Virus record (IMG/VR): IMGVR_UViG_3300027994_000004
Span: 1-41,308 of that record
Origin: a virus
DNA length: 41,308 nt
Reading direction: 5' to 3' (one strand)
Shown: in pieces, positions 14,433 through 23,019 of the stretch
Layout: each line of letters starts with the position of its first letter
Position numbering within the stretch: the first letter of the stretch is position 1
Notes under the pieces: model-generated
Seen by the model: the letters and a program-made list of their open reading frames with translations, nothing else
What the model was told of the DNA's origin: nothing
Database searches by the model: none
Position numbers and translations under genes: made by a program

Positions 14433-15077
14433 ATGAGTACAGAAAAATTAAATATTTATCAAAAACTTGCATCAATTCAATCAGAGGTTAAAGGACTTGG
14501 TAAAGATAAAGACGGACACGGTTATAAATACGTGACCGGTTCAAAGGTTTTAGAACACGTGAAGCCGTTAATGATTAAACACGGTATTTTATTGAAGCAA
14601 GAAGTCATTTCAATTGAAAACGAAAGGCAGGATTATACCTTAAAAAGCGGAAGTAACAAATCAGAAATACTTTCCAAAGTAATGATGAAATTCACTTGGA
14701 TTGATTGCGAAACAGGCGATAAAGACGAAAACAGTTTCGGTGCAAACGGTCAAAACGATTGGGATAAGGGTGTCGGTTCGGCTTTAACTTATGCCGAGCG
14801 TTACTTCTTGCTTAAATACTTCCATATCAATACCGATGAAGATGATATTGATAATCCTGAACGCAAAGCAGAAGAATTAGCTGAACAGCAAAAAATTGAA
14901 AAGCAACAAGCCGAAGCCAAAGAAAAAGAAGAATCAAGATTGTTAGAAATTAAATTAGATTTGGATAGTTCGGGAACAATTGACGAATTGGCAAAAAAGT
15001 ACACAGCTTTATCTCCAAAAGATAAAAATACATTTCTAAAACAAAAAGAAGAATTAAAAGAAAAATTAACCAAATAA
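14433..15077 (+). CDS. erf: ERF-family single-strand annealing protein (recombinase)
   Basis: LNIYQKLASIQSEVKGLGKDKDGHGYKYVTGSKVLEHVKPLMIKHGI and GVGSALTYAERYFLLKYF match ERF superfamily signatures. Confidence 0.8.
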   Translation: MSTEKLNIYQKLASIQSEVKGLGKDKDGHGYKYVTGSKVLEHVKPLMIKHGILLKQEVISIENERQDYTLKSGSNKSEILSKVMMKFTWIDCETGDKDENSFGANGQNDWDKGVGSALTYAERYFLLKYFHINTDEDDIDNPERKAEELAEQQKIEKQQAEAKEKEESRLLEIKLDLDSSGTIDELAKKYTALSPKDKNTFLKQKEELKEKLTK

Positions 15078-15089
15078 AACAAAAACATT

Positions 15090-16196
15090 ATGTCAAAAGA
15101 TTTAGCACAACAACAGCAAGAGTGGGATTTACACGAAAACGCAGAAAATTTAGTTCCATTGGAATTTACCGAAGAAATTAAGCCCGACTTATTTGGTTTG
15201 GAAGTTGCAAAAGCTACCGAAATGGTTAGCGGACTTTCAACAACTTTAGCCGAAAGAGAGGTTTTAAAAAATGCTTATGCCGATGTTATCAATTTAGAAA
15301 TTACAACAGAAACTTTGCCAGTATTCAAGGAATTGCGTTTAAAAATCGTAAAGAATAGAACACAAGGTATTGAAAAATGGCATAAAAACAACAAGGCTTT
15401 TTATCTTGCTGGTGGTCGTTTCGTTGATGCAGTAAAAAACAAAGAAATTGTTGTCAATGAAGAAATGGAAGAAAAGCTTTTGGAAGCTGAAAAGTTTTTT
15501 GAAAACCAAGAAAAAGAAAAAGCAAGGTTATTGAATGAAAGCAGAATAGAAAAGCTAAAAACATACGTAGAAGATACTACTGGTTTAGATTTTTCTCCAA
15601 TGACTGATGAAGATTTTGATGATTATTTATTAGGTAAAAAAACACGTTTTGAAAATGAACAAAAAGAACGAGAAGCCGAAGCGTTAAGAATCGAAAATGA
15701 AAGGCTTGCAGAAATAGAAAGACAAAAATCAATTGAAGCCGAAAACGCTAAACTAAAAGCGGAAGCAGAAGCCAAAGAAAAAGCACTTGCAGAAGAAAGA
15801 AGATTACAAGCAGAAAAAGAAGCTAAATTGTTGGCTGAACAAAAAGCTATTGCCGATGCAAAGGAACGTGAAATAGAAAGGGAAAGAGCCGAAGCTAAAA
15901 TTAAGGCAGATGCTTTAGAGGCAGAAAACCAACGAAAATTAAAAGAGGAACGTGAGGCAAGGGAAAAAGCAGAAAACGAAATCAGACTGCAAAAAGAAGC
16001 CAAAGAAAAAGCTGATTTATTAGCAAAAAAAGAAGCTGAAAAGTTAGCTAAAGCTCCAATTAAAAAACAACTTAATGTTTGGGTGGATGATTTCTCTATT
16101 CCTGTTTCTGAAATTAACCATGCTAAAAGGATTGAAATTGAAGAAAAGTTTTTTGCATTTAAAAAATGGGCAAGAACAGAAATTGAAAATATGTGA
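15090..16196 (+). CDS. Recombination-module protein with a long E/K/A-rich helical region
   Basis: 368 aa. The central ~150 aa is KAEAEAKEKALAEERRLQAEKEAK...-type charged repeats. Globular N- and C-terminal parts. Confidence 0.5.
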   Translation: MSKDLAQQQQEWDLHENAENLVPLEFTEEIKPDLFGLEVAKATEMVSGLSTTLAEREVLKNAYADVINLEITTETLPVFKELRLKIVKNRTQGIEKWHKNNKAFYLAGGRFVDAVKNKEIVVNEEMEEKLLEAEKFFENQEKEKARLLNESRIEKLKTYVEDTTGLDFSPMTDEDFDDYLLGKKTRFENEQKEREAEALRIENERLAEIERQKSIEAENAKLKAEAEAKEKALAEERRLQAEKEAKLLAEQKAIADAKEREIERERAEAKIKADALEAENQRKLKEEREAREKAENEIRLQKEAKEKADLLAKKEAEKLAKAPIKKQLNVWVDDFSIPVSEINHAKRIEIEEKFFAFKKWARTEIENM

Positions 16197-16609
16197 TGGA
16201 AATAACCATTATTAAAACCTTATCAGGAGTCTTTAAACCTTGTTACGATAGTGATTATGAAAACTCTAAAAAGATACCTTTAAACACTCCATTTACGGTT
16301 AAATATACAAAGAAGCGTAATATAAAATTCCATCGTAAGTTTTTCGCTCTTTTGAATATGGTTTATCAGAATCAAGAGCGTTACAATTGCATAGAGCATT
16401 TACGAAAAGATTTAACTATTGCATCTGGATTTTATGAAATACGTTACGGTTTGTCAGGAGAGGAAATAACGGAAGCCAAAAGCATATCATTTTCAAATAT
16501 GGATGAAATAGAATTTAGCGAGCTTTACAGTCGGTTTGTCGATACGGTTGTAAAATATTTTGAGTTCGACAGGCAGGATATAGCAGATAATATAGAACAA
16601 TTCTTTTAA
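16193..16609 (+). CDS. Hypothetical protein (DUF1367-like by recollection)
   Basis: 138 aa with KRNIKFHRKFFALLNMVY. ATGA overlap with the upstream gene. Confidence 0.4.
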   Translation: MMEITIIKTLSGVFKPCYDSDYENSKKIPLNTPFTVKYTKKRNIKFHRKFFALLNMVYQNQERYNCIEHLRKDLTIASGFYEIRYGLSGEEITEAKSISFSNMDEIEFSELYSRFVDTVVKYFEFDRQDIADNIEQFF

Positions 16610-16626
16610 CAATTAATAAATACAAT

Positions 16627-16989
16627 ATGGAAGTATCAGGAAAAATAAAACAAATCAATGCTGAACAACAAGTATCGGCATCATTTAAAAAACGTGAGTT
16701 AGTTGTTACAAGTCAGGAGCAATATCCGCAACACATTTTAATCGAGTTTGCACAGGACAAATGCGATTTACTAAACAGTTACAAAGTAAATGATGAAGTA
16801 AAAGTTTCAATCAATTTACGAGGAAGAAGCTGGACAAACCCACAAGGGGAAGAAAAGTTTTTTAATCAAATTCAAGGCTGGAAAATTGAAAAGTTAGGAG
16901 CTACACAGCCACAAACTCAAAATAATCCAAGAGAGTTTGAGCCAGCAACAAACTTTAAAGAGGAGGAACACGATAATCTTCCGTTTTAG
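16627..16989 (+). CDS. DUF3127-type OB-fold protein with an SSB-like acidic C-terminal tip (putative ssDNA-binding protein)
   Basis: MEVSGKI...QYPQHILIEFAQDKCDLL...VKVSINLRGRSW...GWKIEK resembles Bacteroidota DUF3127. The C-terminus EEEHDNLPF mimics the SSB DDDIPF tail. Confidence 0.65.
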   Translation: MEVSGKIKQINAEQQVSASFKKRELVVTSQEQYPQHILIEFAQDKCDLLNSYKVNDEVKVSINLRGRSWTNPQGEEKFFNQIQGWKIEKLGATQPQTQNNPREFEPATNFKEEEHDNLPF

Positions 16990-16992
16990 GAT

Positions 16993-17322
16993 ATGCTAAG
17001 CACCGAACAAATAACAACTAGATACGGAATATCACGGCAATATTTCAGGCAAAGAGCAAAAGATAAAAACGTTAATCCAATTGTAAACCATAAAGGTCAT
17101 TTTAGATATAAGCAAGCCGACATAAGAAAAGTAATGAAAGGATTTGTTCCGAGTTACAAATTTACAAATGACAGCAAAAAAATTGACGTTATCGAAACAT
17201 ATTTTGGTTTCGGAACAGAGGAAAACGTTTCTTTGGCAGTTGGTGTAAGTGGAAGTTTCGCAAAGAGTACAATCAGAGAATGGAAACAAACAGGATTTAT
17301 AACTATAAAATCTAAACTATGA
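16993..17322 (+). CDS. Putative HTH DNA-binding protein
   Basis: ITTRYGISRQYFRQRAKDKNV is HTH-like. Confidence 0.45.
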   Translation: MLSTEQITTRYGISRQYFRQRAKDKNVNPIVNHKGHFRYKQADIRKVMKGFVPSYKFTNDSKKIDVIETYFGFGTEENVSLAVGVSGSFAKSTIREWKQTGFITIKSKL

Positions 17323-17609
17323 AAACACAAGATCTTTTTCAAGATTACGAATTTCCGAAAACAAACATTCAGGAAATACTTTTGACACTAATATTACATG
17401 GTCACGTTTCAATATTTGATTATGCGTATTTAAGTGGATTTAGAACTCGAATAAGCGAATTAAAGCTTAAATACGGAATTAACTTAAACCGAAAGACCGA
17501 AACACGCTGCAATAAGTTTTCAAACGAATATCGCTACTCAATTCATTTCTTACCCGAATCAGAAAAAGAAAAAGCAATTCAGCTTTATAACAAACTAAAT
17601 AAAAATTAG
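17319..17609 (+). CDS. Putative winged-helix DNA-binding protein (HTH_39-like)
   Basis: YLSGFRTRISELKLKYGINLNRK...NEYRYSIHFL resembles the pattern i.rlsariyeLk.kG..i....Y.l. Confidence 0.45.
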   Translation: MKTQDLFQDYEFPKTNIQEILLTLILHGHVSIFDYAYLSGFRTRISELKLKYGINLNRKTETRCNKFSNEYRYSIHFLPESEKEKAIQLYNKLNKN

Positions 17610-17612
17610 ATT

Positions 17613-17921
17613 ATGGAACTACTAACAGGAAAATCGAAAGAGCATTTTTTAGAATGGTTAGATAAACAGGATTTAGCACCTTACAAAGTTATGTTCGATG
17701 AAGTGCCTTTAATTGTGCAGGCATCTTATATTATAGAGTGGTTTGATATTGTTGGTTGTGTTATTTGCATCGGAAATATATATTACGATGGTTATCATTT
17801 TAATTGGAATATAAATATGACAAAACCCGTTAATTCTGAAAATGGTTATGAAACAAGAGCAGAAGCCACAACCGAAGCAATTAAATCAGCAGTAAAAATA
17901 TACAACGAAAAACACATTTAG
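17613..17921 (+). CDS. Hypothetical protein, paralog of 13266..13583
   Basis: See 13266..13583. Confidence 0.6.
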   Translation: MELLTGKSKEHFLEWLDKQDLAPYKVMFDEVPLIVQASYIIEWFDIVGCVICIGNIYYDGYHFNWNINMTKPVNSENGYETRAEATTEAIKSAVKIYNEKHI

Positions 17922-17945
17922 TATTGTGTATTGAATTATTATTTA

Positions 17946-17953
17946 TATATTTG
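17946..17953 (+). promoter_or_regulatory. -7 box TAtaTTTG
   Basis: tatatttg in the intergenic gap before the replication block. Confidence 0.45.
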
Positions 17954-17955
17954 CA

Positions 17956-17985
17956 ATAGCCATTTTAAATAGTGGCTATTTTTAC
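17956..17985 (+). terminator. Intrinsic terminator
   Basis: Stem atagcca/tggctat with a 10-nt loop and a T5 run. Confidence 0.65.
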
Positions 17986-18001
17986 CACATAAAAGTAAAA
18001 A

Positions 18002-18163
18002 ATGTTAACTATGGAAGTTAAAAAAGAGATTAGAAAAGATTTATACACGCAAACCGAATACTCTAAATTAATAGGTAAATCAGTTGCTTGGGTAAATAGA
18101 TTGATAAAAGAGCAAAAAGTAAATACCGTTACCGTAAATGGAGCTGTATTAATTAAGCTCTAA
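18002..18163 (+). CDS. Small HTH DNA-binding protein (53 aa, excisionase/MerR-like fold)
   Basis: Hand-translated MLTMEVKKEIRKDLYTQTEYSKLIGKSVAWVNRLIKEQKVNTVTVNGAVLIKL. Confidence 0.5.
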   Translation: MLTMEVKKEIRKDLYTQTEYSKLIGKSVAWVNRLIKEQKVNTVTVNGAVLIKL

Positions 18164-18197
18164 TTTTTTGTATTAAAAAGTTAAAAATGTTAACCAA

Positions 18198-18770
18198 ATG
18201 AGAGATAGCACTATTATTTACAGAAGTTTTTACGAAGCAATTAAAGAATTGCCAAAAACAAATCAAGCCGAAGTTTGGAACGCTATTTTTGAATTCTCAT
18301 TAAATTTCAATGAGATTGAATTATCGGGTTTAAGCAAAACAATATTTACACTAATAAAACCACAGCTTCAAGCAAATATATCAAAGTTTTTAAACGGAAA
18401 TAAACCAAAGCAAACAAAAAGCAAAACAGAAGCTAATGATAAGCTAGAAGAAAGCAAAACAGAAGGCAATGAAAATGTAAATAACAATGCTAATGAAAAT
18501 GTAAATAACAATGCTAATGAAAATATACCCGCTTATGAAGTTTTCTTATCTTATGGTTTAGAAAAAGAACCAAGTGTTAATACTTCGGCTTTAAAAAACA
18601 AATATGATGCTTGGTTAGCTAATGATTGGAAAAATGGAAATGACAAACCAATTAAAAACTGGAAATCAGCATTGCTTCAAACCATGCCTTATATTGAAAA
18701 AATAAAAAAGACAGCACCCGAAGGACACTATTACAACAAAGAAGGAATTTTAAAAAGAATAATTAGTTAG
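18198..18770 (+). CDS. Hypothetical protein upstream of the primase-helicase (possible replication organiser by position)
   Basis: 190 aa with an N-terminal helical domain, a low-complexity K/N linker containing a tandem repeat, and a C-terminal domain. Confidence 0.45.
   Translation: MRDSTIIYRSFYEAIKELPKTNQAEVWNAIFEFSLNFNEIELSGLSKTIFTLIKPQLQANISKFLNGNKPKQTKSKTEANDKLEESKTEGNENVNNNANENVNNNANENIPAYEVFLSYGLEKEPSVNTSALKNKYDAWLANDWKNGNDKPIKNWKSALLQTMPYIEKIKKTAPEGHYYNKEGILKRIIS
18468..18524 (+). repeat. 24-bp in-frame tandem repeat, about 2.4 copies
   Basis: aatgaaaatgtaaataacaatgct occurs twice, followed by aatgaaaat. Encodes NENVNNNA NENVNNNA NEN. Confidence 0.9.
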
Positions 18771-18772
18771 CA

Positions 18773-20569
18773 ATGGCAAATATTCATAATTGGGAACTCA
18801 TAGAAACAAATAAAGTTTCGGGTACAGCAAAATTAAAATGTCCAGTTTGCACGGCAACACGAAAAAATAAAAATGATCGTAGCCTTTATATAAACTTTAA
18901 TTCTGGAGTTGGTAAATGTTTTCATTGCGAAGGATTGTTTTTTAAAAACAGTATTGAAAAATCAGTTGAAAAGGAAAACTTTACTTTGCCAGTTCAGAAT
19001 TGGAAAAACTACACGGAGCTTTCAGATGCAGTTGTTAAATATTTTGAGAATAGAAAAATAGAACAATTCACTTTGAAACATTTTGAAGTAAGTGAAGAAA
19101 AATATTACCAACCTCAACTTCAAAAAGAAGTTAACAATATTGTTTTTAATTATTTTGAGGGAGATGTTTTGGTAAATAAGAAATACCGTTCAGGAGGTAA
19201 AAAGTTTACGCAATCAAAAAATGCTAAATCAATTTTCTATAATCTTAATTCTATTATTGGTCAGGAAGAATGTTACATAGTTGAGGGGGAGATTGACGTA
19301 ATGGCACTTTACCAAATTGGAATTAAAAACGCTATTTCAGTTCCAAATGGAGCAAATGACAATGATAATTACTGGGTGAATTCTGAAAAATACATAAAGG
19401 AAATTAAAAAATTCTACATTGCAACCGATAACGACGAAAAAGGTGATTTAGTAGCTGAAAAGATTGCACAGCGTTTAGGGCGTTACAGATGCGAAAGAGT
19501 AAGGTTTAAGGGTAAGGATGCTAATGATGATTTAATTAGCGGAAATCTATTAAAAACGATATTAAACCGTGAAAAATATCCAGTAGCAGGAACTTTTAAA
19601 GTTTCAGATGTTTACGATGACATTTTGAAAATGTATGATAACGGAATACCGGAAACAATTTCGCCAAAGCATCCGTGTTTTGGCAACCTGAAAAAAGTAT
19701 TTTCTGTAATGCGTGGACATTTGATAACTGGAACTGGAATACCATCACACGGAAAGTCTAATTTCACGGAATGGTATGTTTTGAATTTGATTAGGGATTA
19801 TGGAATGAAGGCTTCTTTTTTCAGTCCTGAACACCACCCTTTTGAATTACACCATACTACATTTATTGAAAAGACTTTTGGCAAGAGTTTTTTTTATGAT
19901 AATCCAAATTGTCCTAGAATATCAAAACAGGAAATTGAAAAATACCGTGATTGGGCGAATGAAAAGATTTATCTAACCGGTACTGAAAATGGAGAGTTCC
20001 CTACTTGGGATTGGATATTTGAAAAGTTCCGAGAGCAATTATTTAGTTTTGGAATTGATATATTTGTAATTGATGCTTTTAATAAGTTGGGATTTTCTTC
20101 AAAAGGCAACAAATTAGACCAAATTAACGATGTTCTTACAAAGCTTACAATGTTCGCACAGATGCACAATGTAATTATATTTTTGGTTGCACACCCTACA
20201 AAAATGCAAAAGGGTACTAACGGGCTTTACAACTCGCCAACACTTTACGATGTTTCGGGAAGTTCTGATTTTAGAAATCAAACGCACGATGGGTTTTCTG
20301 TTTATAGATACTTCGGAGATGAACAAAATGACAGTATGACTGTATTTGAAAATCTTAAAACAAAGATGAAGTTTCAAGGCGAAATTGGCGGTAAAATAGA
20401 ATTTGATTATCATTTACCATCAGGTCGTTATTTTGAAAAAGGAACAACTGCACCATCATTTATTTTATGCGATGAAGTTGAACCGGAAAAAGAACAAGTA
20501 GAAATTACCTTGGTAGAATATGAAAATATGCAAGCAATATTTGACGATCCAAATGACGTGCCGTTTTGA
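18773..20569 (+). CDS. Bifunctional DNA primase-helicase (zinc finger + Toprim + DnaB/RecA-like ATPase)
   Basis: CPVC...CFHC zinc ribbon. Toprim YIVEGEIDVMALYQ ... ATDNDEKGD. Walker A GIPSHGKSNF. Walker B IDIFVIDAFNKL. Confidence 0.85.
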   Translation: MANIHNWELIETNKVSGTAKLKCPVCTATRKNKNDRSLYINFNSGVGKCFHCEGLFFKNSIEKSVEKENFTLPVQNWKNYTELSDAVVKYFENRKIEQFTLKHFEVSEEKYYQPQLQKEVNNIVFNYFEGDVLVNKKYRSGGKKFTQSKNAKSIFYNLNSIIGQEECYIVEGEIDVMALYQIGIKNAISVPNGANDNDNYWVNSEKYIKEIKKFYIATDNDEKGDLVAEKIAQRLGRYRCERVRFKGKDANDDLISGNLLKTILNREKYPVAGTFKVSDVYDDILKMYDNGIPETISPKHPCFGNLKKVFSVMRGHLITGTGIPSHGKSNFTEWYVLNLIRDYGMKASFFSPEHHPFELHHTTFIEKTFGKSFFYDNPNCPRISKQEIEKYRDWANEKIYLTGTENGEFPTWDWIFEKFREQLFSFGIDIFVIDAFNKLGFSSKGNKLDQINDVLTKLTMFAQMHNVIIFLVAHPTKMQKGTNGLYNSPTLYDVSGSSDFRNQTHDGFSVYRYFGDEQNDSMTVFENLKTKMKFQGEIGGKIEFDYHLPSGRYFEKGTTAPSFILCDEVEPEKEQVEITLVEYENMQAIFDDPNDVPF

Positions 20570-20583
20570 TAAATTTAAAAAAT

Positions 20584-20868
20584 ATGGAATATAAAGACCA
20601 ATTAAGAACTTCTGCTTGGTTGAAGAAACGAGCGGAAATAATGCAAAGAGATAATTTTGTTTGCTCAAATTGTTTGTGTGACAATATAGAATGCACTTTA
20701 CACGTTCATCACATCGGTTACATAAAAGGAAAAAAGGCTTGGGAGTATTTAGATTATATGCTCGTAACTCTTTGTGAAAAATGCCATAAAGAAGAACATA
20801 AAATATTTGGAAAGAAAAGGGCTTTTCAGTGGTTATTGAAATTATTAAAGTTCAATCAAGATGGCTAA
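20584..20868 (+). CDS. HNH endonuclease
   Basis: CSNC...LHVHHIGY...LVTLCEKCHKEEH. ATG 20584 preferred over the TTG at 20566. Confidence 0.75.
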   Translation: MEYKDQLRTSAWLKKRAEIMQRDNFVCSNCLCDNIECTLHVHHIGYIKGKKAWEYLDYMLVTLCEKCHKEEHKIFGKKRAFQWLLKLLKFNQDG

Positions 20869-21100
20869 AAGAACATCAACACATAACGAAATAAAAGCAA
20901 GTCCTGAACATATATATTATCTTCATTCAAGAAATATAAAAGTTTACCCGGTTAAAAGAAATGGTAATTGGTTTATTCAAACTGATAATTACGGCAAGAT
21001 AACAACTTTTGATAAATCGATAATGGAACACGAAATTAACGAGGCGGTTGCAAAAACAATAATCCACTATTACAAAAAGCTAACCGATGCTAAAAAGTAA
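20861..21100 (+). CDS. Hypothetical protein
   Basis: 79-aa ORF with an 8-nt overlap on the HNH gene. Confidence 0.5.
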   Translation: MAKRTSTHNEIKASPEHIYYLHSRNIKVYPVKRNGNWFIQTDNYGKITTFDKSIMEHEINEAVAKTIIHYYKKLTDAKK

Positions 21101-21196
21101 AGCGTGTTATTGAAGAAACAGAAATTTACAACGAAAAAATAAAACAATTAGAAAGTAAGATAGACTTATTTAACTTTGGAATTAAAACAAAATTAA

Positions 21197-21937
21197 ATGA
21201 AATACATGGGAAGTAAAGCAAGATTCACTAAAGATATTTTGCAGATAATATTAGAAAACAGATTTCCAAATCAATATTTTGTTGATTTATTTTCAGGTGG
21301 AGCAAACGTAGTTTCAATGGTTGATGGACATAGAATTGCTAATGATAAAAACAAACATCTTATTGAAATGTTTAAAGGATTACAAAAAGGTTATGAAAGG
21401 CCAAATGAAATTTCAAAAGAACTTTATAATAAAGCAAGAACGGAATATAATAACGGTACAAATATTGAATTTGATGATTTTATGATCGGTTGGATTGGAT
21501 GGATGGGTTCGGCAAATGGAAGATTTTTTGATGGAGGATATTCAGGAAAATCAAACACTAAAATAGGAACTGTTAGAGATTATATCAAAGAAGCAATTGG
21601 TAATATTGAAAATCAAATACCAAAACTGAACGGAATTGAATTTATAAATCTTGATTATAAAGAAGTTGTAATTCCTGATAATAGTATTATTTATTGCGAT
21701 ATTCCTTATAAAAACACAAAGCAATATTTAACATCAAAAGGATTTAATCATTTAGAATTTTGGGATTATGCTCGAAAACTATCTACCAAAGGACACGAAG
21801 TATTTATTTCAGAATACGATGCTCCGAGTGATTTTATATGTATTTGGCAAAAACAAGCCAAATCTTCATTATCAGCAAATGGTCAGATTGGTGGAAATAA
21901 ATTATCTACTGAAAAAATATTTAAGTTTATTAGATAA
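21197..21937 (+). CDS. dam: DNA N6-adenine methyltransferase (D12/Dam class)
   Basis: MKYMGSKARF, FVDLFSGGANV (AdoMet motif) and YCDIPY (DPPY variant). Confidence 0.8.
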   Translation: MKYMGSKARFTKDILQIILENRFPNQYFVDLFSGGANVVSMVDGHRIANDKNKHLIEMFKGLQKGYERPNEISKELYNKARTEYNNGTNIEFDDFMIGWIGWMGSANGRFFDGGYSGKSNTKIGTVRDYIKEAIGNIENQIPKLNGIEFINLDYKEVVIPDNSIIYCDIPYKNTKQYLTSKGFNHLEFWDYARKLSTKGHEVFISEYDAPSDFICIWQKQAKSSLSANGQIGGNKLSTEKIFKFIR

Positions 21938-21956
21938 AACAATATTATATAACAAC

Positions 21957-22646
21957 ATGAAACAAGCTAATTGCATTTTCTGCCGTAAACCTTTCCAACA
22001 AAAAATATTCAACTACCGTTATTGCGAAGAAAATCCTGAATGCAAAGAAGCAGGAAATGAGGCAAAGAATGCTTTGATAAAAAAAGCCATGGAAAAGGCT
22101 AAGGAGAAAACTAAGATTAAAGCCAGCGAAGAAATTAAAGAAACACAAAATGCAAAGATTGATTTATTATCAGATGATGCTTTCAGGGCAAAGAAGATTC
22201 AGCCGGTTATAAATGAAATTGCCAGGCTAATAGATTTCCAACAGCCATGTATTGCAACCGGAAGGACTTACGGCAAAATGGCTGGAGGTCACTTCATAAG
22301 TGTAGGGGCTAACAGAGCATCAGCATTAAACCTACACAACATACATTTGCAATGTTACGAATCTAACGGCCCATCAGGAGGTGATCCGTTGCTTTATCGT
22401 TCAGGAATAATTAAAACCTATGGATTAGAATATTGTGAGTTTATCGAATCAATGCGAGAAATACCCAAATTAGGCTTGAAAAGGTTTGAACTAGAACAAA
22501 TACACGAAAGAGCAAAAATGTTTCGTCTAAAGCTTAAAAAAGACCTAAAAAAGATATCTAATAGCGAAAGGATAGAAAAAAGAAACGAGGCAAACGAATT
22601 TATAAACGCCTACGATAAAAAATATTCTCAATTCAACCCATCTTAA
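21957..22646 (+). CDS. ninG: NinG/Rap-like recombination endonuclease
   Basis: N-terminal CIFC...C..NPEC. C-terminal GGHFISVGANRASALNLHNIHLQCYESNG...YRSGIIKTYG resembles lambda NinG. Start at ATG 21957; the longer ORF overlaps dam. Confidence 0.65.
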   Translation: MKQANCIFCRKPFQQKIFNYRYCEENPECKEAGNEAKNALIKKAMEKAKEKTKIKASEEIKETQNAKIDLLSDDAFRAKKIQPVINEIARLIDFQQPCIATGRTYGKMAGGHFISVGANRASALNLHNIHLQCYESNGPSGGDPLLYRSGIIKTYGLEYCEFIESMREIPKLGLKRFELEQIHERAKMFRLKLKKDLKKISNSERIEKRNEANEFINAYDKKYSQFNPS

Positions 22647-22660
22647 CGGTGGGTTTATTA
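22636..22660 (+). terminator. Intrinsic terminator overlapping the ninG stop codon
   Basis: Stem acccatc/ggtgggt (one G.U) with loop ttaac containing the TAA stop, then a T-rich tail. Confidence 0.6.
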
Positions 22661-22723
22661 TTTCAATATGTTAAAGTTTGAAAATAAATTAAAAAAAAGG
22701 GGTGTTTATAATAAAAAGGGTTG

Positions 22724-22731
22724 TATATTTG
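22724..22731 (+). promoter_or_regulatory. -7 box TAtaTTTG
   Basis: tatatttg 37 nt upstream of ATG 22768. Confidence 0.45.
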
Positions 22732-22767
22732 TATCAGTTAAAAACAAAAACACTAAATATAAAAAAT

Positions 22768-23019
22768 ATGAAAACTCCAATGCAAGAAATAATAACTGCT
22801 TTAACAAATGGTTATTATGAAAAATTAAATGCAATAGAAAAAATAGAATTCTTTGAAAAATATTTAAACATGGAAGAGAAAACAATAAAAGACGCTTTTG
22901 TAAGCGGAGATATTATAAATGAAAAAAAATCAAGATTTGACTACGACCCAGATGATTGTAATTATAAAAACAGTGATGAATATTATAATTACAAATTCGG
23001 AAATACCGAATTACTATGA
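22768..23019 (+). CDS. Hypothetical protein (83 aa)
   Basis: Start at ATG 22768. The GTG-extended ORF from 22702 would include the promoter box. Confidence 0.5.
   Translation: MKTPMQEIITALTNGYYEKLNAIEKIEFFEKYLNMEEKTIKDAFVSGDIINEKKSRFDYDPDDCNYKNSDEYYNYKFGNTELL

Noticed and set aside
15623-16003. 126-aa minus-strand ORF rich in Ser/Ala/Phe
   Set aside because: It is a mirror image of the E/K/A low-complexity coding repeat on the + strand, so it is an artefact of composition.
17998-18009. 12-mer aaaatgttaact, also found at 31086-31097 (with a near copy at 18184), as a regulatory motif
   Set aside because: In a 41-kb AT-rich sequence, many exact 12-mer pairs are expected by chance. Their positions relative to promoters are not consistent.
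18468-18524. CRISPR-like array
   Set aside because: The copies are directly adjacent with no spacers, lie in frame within a gene, and there are only about 2.4 of them. This is a coding tandem repeat.
20059-20066. tatatttg octamer inside the primase-helicase gene as an internal promoter
   Set aside because: It is a single intragenic occurrence, compatible with chance in AT-rich coding DNA, and no downstream gene start needs it.
21768-21956. N-terminal extension of the NinG-like ORF overlapping dam by about 170 nt
   Set aside because: It is out of frame over a well-supported methyltransferase gene. ATG 21957 lies just after the dam stop and begins the Cys-rich NinG N-terminus.
22702-22767. 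GTG-initiated extension of the 22768 ORF
   Set aside because: It would place the tatatttg promoter box inside the coding sequence. The ATG at 22768 sits at the usual distance from the box.
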